A stretch of DNA of 64,000 nucleotides from Candidatus Levyibacteriota bacterium (GTDB lineage Bacteria > Patescibacteriota > Microgenomatia > Levybacterales > UBA12049), in NCBI GenBank assembly GCA_029260965.1, contig JAJDCG010000001.1, forward strand, positions 445,803 through 509,802, written 5' to 3'. Each line of letters starts with the position of its first letter. The first letter of the stretch is position 1. Positions 55,602-64,000 of the stretch are shown piece after piece. The position numbers were made by a program, and so were the translations under genes. Under the pieces are notes generated by a model. That model had not been told where the DNA came from. It did not search any database and saw only the letters and a program-made list of their open reading frames with translations.

Positions 55602-56794
55602 AGGGCGTTTCCTGGCTTGGTTTTCTTCGTGTTGCGATACGTGGAGTTTCATATGTTAGGATTGCTATATTAGCGCGTCTTTTGACTCCTCTTCAGTTCG
55701 GCATTTCTGATATCGCACTTTTAGTATTAGGAATAACTGAGATATTTACTGAGACAGGCATAAATCTTTTTCTTATTCAGCAAAAAGAAAAAATAGATAA
55801 ATATATAAATACTGCCTGGATAATTTCCCTTGTCAGAGGATTTATTATATCAATTCTTATTTTATTGAGCGTAAAGGTGGTTGCAGATTTTTTTAATAAT
55901 CCTTCTGTTGTGCAGTTTCTAGTACTAACAGCAGTAATTCCAATTGTTCGAGGGACAATAAACCCATCAGTGGTTAAGTTGGTTAAGGATTTAAATTTTA
56001 AAAAAGAGTTTTTTTATAGATCTTTAATATTTTTTGTAGAGGTCCTTGTGAGTGTGTATCTCGCTTTTAAGATGAAATCAGCAATTGCAATAATTGCTGG
56101 AGTTTTGGCAGGAGCAGTAGTTGAGAGCATTGTTTCTTTTTTTATCATAAAACCACGACCCAGTTTTTCTTTCAAGCTCAGTATTTTTAATGAAATAGTA
56201 AAGAAGGGTAAATGGTTTACGGCTACAGGAATTTTCAGTTACCTCTATCACAATGGGGATAATGTAGCAGTTGGAAGAATGCTCGGTGCGTCATCGCTGG
56301 GTATATATCAAAGAGTATACAGCATATCAATTCTCCCCATTACAGAGGTTTCAGACGTGATTATGAAGGTTACATATGCTGTTTTCGTAAAAATATCATC
56401 AGACGTAAATAGGCTTAGAAGCGCATTTATTAAATCAATAGTCTCTGTAATTTTTCTGGTTGTTCCAATCGGACTCTTATTTTTTATTTTTCCAACAGAA
56501 ACAATACGTATTATCCTGGGTGAGCAATGGATCGGTGCATCAGAAGTTTTGAAAGTTCTTGCTGTATTTGGGGTACTGCGTGCGATATCTCTTTCTTCTG
56601 TTGCTCCCTTTTATGCGTTAAAAAGACAAGATCTCGTCACTAGAATTACATTTGTTTCATTTGTTGGTTTGGTTGTAACAATTGTTCCTTTTGTTTCTAG
56701 GTGGGGTATAATTGGTGCTGCTTATTCTGCCTTGGTGGGTGTTGTTGTTGCGATTCCTTTGACGATCTACTACTTGTTTAAAATTTTGAAATGA
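55577..56794 (+). CDS. Wzx-like oligosaccharide flippase (MOP/PST family polysaccharide biosynthesis protein)
   Basis: About 12 TM, 405 aa. N-terminal layout typical of Wzx-type polysaccharide exporters. Context inside a GT cluster. Confidence 0.6.
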   Translation: MGYTKDTVKGVSWLGFLRVAIRGVSYVRIAILARLLTPLQFGISDIALLVLGITEIFTETGINLFLIQQKEKIDKYINTAWIISLVRGFIISILILLSVKVVADFFNNPSVVQFLVLTAVIPIVRGTINPSVVKLVKDLNFKKEFFYRSLIFFVEVLVSVYLAFKMKSAIAIIAGVLAGAVVESIVSFFIIKPRPSFSFKLSIFNEIVKKGKWFTATGIFSYLYHNGDNVAVGRMLGASSLGIYQRVYSISILPITEVSDVIMKVTYAVFVKISSDVNRLRSAFIKSIVSVIFLVVPIGLLFFIFPTETIRIILGEQWIGASEVLKVLAVFGVLRAISLSSVAPFYALKRQDLVTRITFVSFVGLVVTIVPFVSRWGIIGAAYSALVGVVVAIPLTIYYLFKILK

Positions 56795-57534
56795 TAAGTG
56801 TGGTAATTCTTACTAAAGATGAAGAAAAAAATATAAAGGACTGTATCAAGTCTGTTGAATGGTGCGACGAAATAATAGTTATCGATGATATCTCAACAGA
56901 CAAAACTGTGAGTATTGCAGAAAAAATGGGAGCCAAAGTTTATAAAAAAGATCTAGATAGTAATTTTTCTGCACAACGCAATATGGGGCTTAGCAAGGCA
57001 AAGGGCGATTGGGTTTTTTTTGTTGATGCAGATGAAAGGGTTTCTTCGGCGCTTTGGTATGAGATTATGGGAAGGACAACAAATCAACTCGACAATATAA
57101 AGGGATTTTATATAAAAAGATTAGATAACATGTGGGGTAGGAATTTAACTCATGGAGATACCAAGGGAGCAAAGTTTTTAAGGCTTGCAAAAAAAAGTGC
57201 TGGAGAATGGTTTGGTACAGTTCATGAAGAGTGGAGAATAGAAGGAGCAACAGCAACTCTAAACAATGTTTTAAATCACTTTCCTCACCAAAGTGTTGCT
57301 GGATTCATAAATGAAATAAATTTTTATTCCTCTCTACGGGCAAAAGAATTGCATAATAAAAATACAAAAGTTAATTTTTTTTCAATAGTATTGTATCCCA
57401 ATGCAAAATTTATAAAAGATTATGTTGTGCTTGGGGGATTTATGGATGGTCTACCTGGTTTTGTGCATGCGGTGCTTATGTCTATGCATTCTTTTTTGGT
57501 ACGTAGTAAGCTTTTTTTACTTCAGAATAAATAA
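56791..57534 (+). CDS. GT2 glycosyltransferase
   Basis: MISVVILTKDEEKNIKDCIKSV, IVIDDISTDKT, FFVDADE. Confidence 0.75.
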   Translation: MISVVILTKDEEKNIKDCIKSVEWCDEIIVIDDISTDKTVSIAEKMGAKVYKKDLDSNFSAQRNMGLSKAKGDWVFFVDADERVSSALWYEIMGRTTNQLDNIKGFYIKRLDNMWGRNLTHGDTKGAKFLRLAKKSAGEWFGTVHEEWRIEGATATLNNVLNHFPHQSVAGFINEINFYSSLRAKELHNKNTKVNFFSIVLYPNAKFIKDYVVLGGFMDGLPGFVHAVLMSMHSFLVRSKLFLLQNK

Positions 57535-57535
57535 T

Positions 57536-58738
57536 ATGAAATTTATTTGGATTCTTCTTGTAACAAGTATTTTATTAATAGTTTTTGGGGAACTAATAAG
57601 AATCGATTTTGGAAATGATATTTTTCTTAAACCACTCGACTTATTTGTGTCATTGACAGCCTTCTCATATTTAGGTTATAAAATTATTAAACGTGAACGA
57701 TTTCCAAAATCTGAACTGACTAAATCTATACTTATTTTTATCGGAGTAGCAATTGTTTCACTTTTGATTAATTCTTCGTATTTAACTGCAGATCAATTCC
57801 TGGTGGCATTTCTTTATTGGCTCCGTTTTACATCATTGTTAACTGTTTATTTTATAATACTTGATTTAGATATGAAAAGTTCTAAAAAAATACCTATTAT
57901 TTTATATCTAAGCGGTTTTATTTTGTTTTTGGGAGGAGTAGTGCAATATATTTTTTATCCGAATCTTAGAAATCTATATTATTTGGGTTGGGATGAGCAT
58001 AACTATAGATTGTTTTCTTCTTTTTTAGATCCAAATTTTGCAGGAGTTTCTTTGACTTTGTTTTTTGTATTTCTAAGCGTGATGATAAAAACATCAAGCA
58101 AATACAAATATTTACTTATAGCTGTTGCAGTATTGACCTTTGTATCAATTTTTCTAACCTATTCAAGAAGCGCTCTTTTGATGCTCGTTACAATTATTGT
58201 CACCTACCTGTTGTTGGTTAATAAAAAAAGATGGATATTTAGTTTTATTATATTTGCTACAATTGGCATGGTGCTTATTTCTTCGACTTTTACGACTGAA
58301 AATACTAATCTTTTTAGAACAACATCAAGTTTTGCGCGTATTGATTCATACAAAAAAGCAATCGATACTGTTATTGAATATCCTGTTTTTGGAGTAGGAT
58401 TCAATGCATATAGGTATCTACAGGTAGGTGGCGTTTCTAGCGTTACGAAGTCAAAATATCAAGACCATGCAGGCTCAGGTGTAGATAGTAGTCTTTTATT
58501 TGTTGCAGCAACCACTGGGATTGTTGGGTTCGTTGCGTATGTTTACCTCTGGTATAAGATAATTAAAAATGCATTTTCTATCTATTACAGATATACCAGT
58601 AGATTATCATTGATTGTAATTTGTTCTTGTATTGGGTTATTGGTTAATTCTTTGTTTATCAATAGCCTTTTTTATCCGCCAGTTCTGCTCTGGTTGTGGG
58701 TAGTTGTTGGATTAATGGACAAAGAATTCCGAAATTAA
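57536..58738 (+). CDS. O-antigen ligase/polymerase-like (Wzy/WaaL family) membrane protein
   Basis: About 10 TM. SRSALLMLV and an extracytoplasmic loop between TM segments, as in the Wzy_C family. Start set at MKFIWILL; the track start would overlap the GT2. Confidence 0.55.
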   Translation: MKFIWILLVTSILLIVFGELIRIDFGNDIFLKPLDLFVSLTAFSYLGYKIIKRERFPKSELTKSILIFIGVAIVSLLINSSYLTADQFLVAFLYWLRFTSLLTVYFIILDLDMKSSKKIPIILYLSGFILFLGGVVQYIFYPNLRNLYYLGWDEHNYRLFSSFLDPNFAGVSLTLFFVFLSVMIKTSSKYKYLLIAVAVLTFVSIFLTYSRSALLMLVTIIVTYLLLVNKKRWIFSFIIFATIGMVLISSTFTTENTNLFRTTSSFARIDSYKKAIDTVIEYPVFGVGFNAYRYLQVGGVSSVTKSKYQDHAGSGVDSSLLFVAATTGIVGFVAYVYLWYKIIKNAFSIYYRYTSRLSLIVICSCIGLLVNSLFINSLFYPPVLLWLWVVVGLMDKEFRN

Positions 58739-58739
58739 G

Positions 58740-59447
58740 TTATTCGATCTCAACTCTTATTTCTTTTAGAGTCTCATTGCCAGCTTCATCAGTTGCGACA
58801 ATTCTAAGCGTATTGTTGTCGTCCTTGAGATTGTAAGCATAGGTGAATTTGCCATCATTGTCTGATATTGCCCAAAAACCATTCACAGTTACTTTTACTC
58901 CTTGATCGCTTTGGCCACTTACTGTAATGGGGCTTTGGTCTTTTTTGAATTTTTGTCCGTCTGATGGTTCTTGTATTTCTAGTTTTGGTGGATCGTTGAG
59001 ATATTTGATTTTGACAATTTTTGAAAAATTGCTTTCATCACCATTTTTCATAATACTACGTGCTTCGATATCATTTTCACCTTTTGATAGAGATACTGAT
59101 AAGAAAGTAAAAATGTTACCTTCTTTTAAAGAAGTTTTTTCAACTTTTTTTCCATTTACATACAATGCTACTGCTGATGCTTCTCCAGGCGAGTAACCAG
59201 TTATGTCAATTGTTTCTTCTTTGGTAGCAGCCGGAAGTGGATCTATGACTGGCGGGGCAATATAGTCAACTGTGGTTGTTTCTATACTTGTGTCATTTGA
59301 TCCTTGGAAAAAAACGATTACTGAACTGAGTCCGATTAGGAGTTTTGTTCCAAAAAATCCAAGTAAGGCAATTATCAGGATAATTCCAATTATAGCTTTT
59401 TTATTCTGTTTTTTTATACTCGTTTTTGCACGCGATCTCATCAGCAT
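58740..59447 (-). CDS. hypothetical N-terminally anchored secreted protein with Ig-like/beta-sandwich repeats
   Basis: Basic N-terminus and a TM (IIGIILIIALLGFFGTKLL), then beta-rich repeats. No catalytic motif. Confidence 0.45.
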   Translation of the reverse strand: MLMRSRAKTSIKKQNKKAIIGIILIIALLGFFGTKLLIGLSSVIVFFQGSNDTSIETTTVDYIAPPVIDPLPAATKEETIDITGYSPGEASAVALYVNGKKVEKTSLKEGNIFTFLSVSLSKGENDIEARSIMKNGDESNFSKIVKIKYLNDPPKLEIQEPSDGQKFKKDQSPITVSGQSDQGVKVTVNGFWAISDNDGKFTYAYNLKDDNNTLRIVATDEAGNETLKEIRVEIE

Positions 59448-59645
59448 TATTGTAGCAAATTTTGATCAAATTTGACATATTGATTAAACAGCACTTGGGA
59501 TATTTTTAAAAAACATTATTAAAAGTAGGAAGAACTATCAATATTCCTGTCATCTATTTATGTTTGAGTTGAAGAGCAAAACGTAATGTTAATTAGATAT
59601 GCAAAATAATCTTTTAGTTGTTATTTTTGACAAGGGCTTGTTGGG

Positions 59646-59718
59646 AGCCAGCAGTGGGAATCGAACCCACGACCTCTGCTTTACGAAAGCATTGCTCTAC
59701 CGACTGAGCTATGCTGGC
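59646..59718 (-). tRNA. tRNA-Thr (anticodon CGU)
   Basis: Folded by hand: GCCAGCA TA GCTC AGTCGGTA GAGC A ATGCT TTCGTAA AGCAG AGGTC GTGGG TTCGATT CCCAC TGCTGGC T. 7-bp acceptor, 4-bp D stem, 5-bp T stem, U33, A37, anticodon CGT. CCA is not encoded. Confidence 0.85.
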
Positions 59719-59814
59719 AAGTAGTTGTATTCTATTTAAATTTTAATAGATTGGCAAATTGAATTAGTGGATCCCAATAATTTTATTGGGAATGATACTA
59801 GAAATACGAAGAGC

Positions 59815-60234
59815 TTATCTATTGTGACGTTTTTTGTGTGATCCTGCGATATGGAGATCAAGAAGCGCACGTCTAAGCTCAGCTTGAGCTTGTCTGAGAT
59901 CTTCCTGGGGGAGTTGGTCTGCTTTGTTTTTGATTATCTCCTCAGCTCTTTTCTTGGCAGCCTCAGCGACTTGAGTGTTGACTTCATCAGCCTGAGCTGC
60001 GTAATCTGCCAGAATTGTTATTTGGCTGTCTTTTACTTCAAGAAATCCACCCGTTAAGCCAAAAAGTTTTTCTCTATCTTTTATTTTTATTATAAGTTCA
60101 CCATCTGTAAGTGATGTTACTAGATTAATATGATGGGGAAGTATACCAATTTGTCCATTTAGGGTAGGTGCAAGTACTTCCTCAACCTCACCGTTAAATA
60201 CTGATTTTTCAGGAGTGATTATTTGTAAATACAT
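59815..60234 (-). CDS. atpC: F0F1 ATP synthase epsilon subunit
   Basis: MYLQIITPEKSVFNGEVEEVLAPTLNGQIGILPHH. Confidence 0.85.
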   Translation of the reverse strand: MYLQIITPEKSVFNGEVEEVLAPTLNGQIGILPHHINLVTSLTDGELIIKIKDREKLFGLTGGFLEVKDSQITILADYAAQADEVNTQVAEAAKKRAEEIIKNKADQLPQEDLRQAQAELRRALLDLHIAGSHKKRHNR

Positions 60235-60285
60235 ACGTGCGTGTTAAGTATTGTAGCGAATGCTTGATATATTTTGTTCTTTATA

Positions 60286-62545
<2,260 letters not shown>

Positions 62546-62607
62546 AATCTTATTTTTAGTTTTTAATTGTTAGTACTTATTTGCTTGTGATTGCTGGGCA
62601 CGAGCAA

Positions 62608-64000
62608 TTATTTAAACCCTTTTTTAAACTCGCTTACTATTTTTTCCAGCTCACCAAGAGTTTTTTCGTCAGGTTTGTCGCCTGTGTCCAATTTTTCTAT
62701 TAGCTTACCAGCATGTGTTTTGACATATTCATGAAGCTCCGCTTCAAAACGACCCACTTCTTCAACTGGTATTTCATCAAGAAAACCATTTGTAACAGAC
62801 CAGATGCTGACAATCTCAAGACTTTCTGGAAGGGGAGAGTATTGTGGTTGTTTAAGAATCTCTACTGATCTTTTACCGCGTTCAAGCTGCTTGGTTGTTG
62901 ACTCATCTAGTTCTGAACCAAATTGTGCAAAAGCAGCAAGGGAGTTGTATTGAGCAAGTTCAAGCCTAAGCTTGCCTGATACAGATTTGATTGCTTTTGT
63001 TTGGGCTGCACCACCTACACGTGATACAGAATTTCCTGGATTTATAGCAGGACGAATTCCTAGGTTGAAAAGGTCAGGTTGGAGATAAATCTGTCCATCA
63101 GTGATAGAGATAACATTTGTTGGGATATAGGCTGAAATATCGCTTGCCTGTGTTTCGATAATTGGAAGTGCAGTTATGGATCCTCCACCATTTTTATCAT
63201 TCAGCCTTACTGCTCGCTCAAGAAGGCGAGAGTGAAGATAAAAAATGTCTCCAGGGTATGCTTCGCGTCCTGCCGGCCGTTTAAGAACAAGAGAAAGCTG
63301 ACGGTAAGCCCAAGCGTGTTTTGTAAGATCGTCATAGACTATTAATACATCCTCTCCCTTTTCCATAAAATATTCTCCGATCGAAACTGCTGCGTATGGA
63401 GCTAAATATTGCATGGATGCAGGATCAGATGCGCCTGCAACTACAACTATGGTGTAATCAAGTGCCTTTTCTGCCTTGAGTTTATCAACGACTTGTGAAA
63501 CAGTACTTTGTTTTTGGCCAATTGCTGCATAAATACAAATAACTCTTTTCTTACCTTTGACTTTCCTTTTTTGGTTAATGATTGTATCTACTGCAATTGC
63601 TGTTTTTCCCAATCCGCGATCTCCTATAATTAGCTGTCTTTGTCCGCGTCCAATTGGTATCATCGCATCTATTGCCTTAATTCCAGTTTTGAGAGGTGTA
63701 TCAACAGGTTGGCGTTCTATCACACCTGCAGCGATTTTCTCAAGGGGCATTGGTTTACCTTTTTTGATTTTCGGTCTCCCATCTAGTGGATTTCCTATGG
63801 TATCTATAACTCGCCCTAGAAGATCTTCTCCCGCATCAATGCTCAAAAGTTTTCCAGTACTTTTTACTTTATCACCTTCCCTGATATTTGTTCCCCCCTC
63901 TAGAAGTGAGATAGAAACACTATCTTCAGAAAGGTTTAACACAACACCACGTTCTCCCATGGTAAATTCTACCATTTCTCCCATCTGAACTCTGGCGAGA
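62608..64000 (-). CDS. atpA: F0F1 ATP synthase alpha subunit, 5' end beyond the window edge
   Basis: [11 protein letters not shown] (Walker A). The N-terminal beta-barrel aligns with AtpA. The reading frame is still open at 64000. Confidence 0.85.
   Translation of the reverse strand, partial: LARVQMGEMVEFTMGERGVVLNLSEDSVSISLLEGGTNIREGDKVKSTGKLLSIDAGEDLLGRVIDTIGNPLDGRPKIKKGKPMPLEKIAAGVIERQPVDTPLKTGIKAIDAMIPIGRGQRQLIIGDRGLGKTAIAVDTIINQKRKVKGKKRVICIYAAIGQKQSTVSQVVDKLKAEKALDYTIVVVAGASDPASMQYLAPYAAVSIGEYFMEKGEDVLIVYDDLTKHAWAYRQLSLVLKRPAGREAYPGDIFYLHSRLLERAVRLNDKNGGGSITALPIIETQASDISAYIPTNVISITDGQIYLQPDLFNLGIRPAINPGNSVSRVGGAAQTKAIKSVSGKLRLELAQYNSLAAFAQFGSELDESTTKQLERGKRSVEILKQPQYSPLPESLEIVSIWSVTNGFLDEIPVEEVGRFEAELHEYVKTHAGKLIEKLDTGDKPDEKTLGELEKIVSEFKKGFK

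Overview
This 64 kb window looks like part of a low-GC (roughly 35-38 %), gene-dense bacterial chromosome. The composition, the short spacers and the gene content suggest a small-genome Patescibacteria/CPR-like organism; that placement is inference only. All product calls below come from reading motifs in the ORF-track translations, not from database searches.

Contents in order:
- **1-3379:** the 3' end of an unknown gene, then a large secreted Kelch-propeller/M23-peptidase fusion protein.
- **3464-18556:** a roughly 15 kb cell-envelope glycan cluster. It contains a GtrB/ArnC-like polyprenyl-phosphate glycosyltransferase, several GT4 and GT2 paralogs, a hexapeptide acetyltransferase, a 1014-aa O-antigen-ligase-like/GT-C fusion, a second GT-C protein, a ManC-like nucleotidyltransferase and a WbaP/WcaJ-type priming phosphotransferase.
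- **18626-25029:** a 660-aa membrane-anchored protein, recO, glyQS, and then a GC-atypical unknown gene next to an IS30-type HTH remnant.
- **25227-40670:** a long dcw cluster: mraZ, rsmH, ftsL, ftsI, (csaA-like on the minus strand), murE-like, pgeF, murC, murA, a GlmU-N-like nucleotidyltransferase, mraY, ftsW, murG, an ftsQ-like gene, ftsA and ftsZ.
- **40671-44312:** a roughly 3.6 kb accessory segment.
- **44316-51523:** an orphan histidine kinase, ileS, a second SEDS protein (RodA/FtsW-like), rplU, rpmA, an orphan parB and lepB.
- **51570-58738:** a second glycan cluster with a Wzx flippase and a Wzy/WaaL-like protein.
- **58740-64000:** a secreted Ig-like protein, tRNA-Thr(CGU), and atpC-atpD-atpG-atpA (atpA truncated at the window edge).

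Top-ranked observations:
1. The accessory segment (40671-44312) is bounded by an imperfect 30-bp direct repeat of the ftsZ 3' end. All differences within the repeat are synonymous. The segment carries a standalone GHKL-ATPase/PD-(D/E)xK-nuclease fusion gene and a divergently transcribed APH-family kinase. This is a candidate integrated island with an uncharacterised single-protein, defense-like system.
2. murG is split by a frameshift lying exactly in an (AAATTTC)x4 heptamer repeat; a fifth copy would restore the reading frame.
3. A second heptamer microsatellite, (ATAAATC)x11, sits between a truncated GT4 paralog and an intact GT4 gene.

No CRISPR array, rRNA gene or intact transposon was seen.
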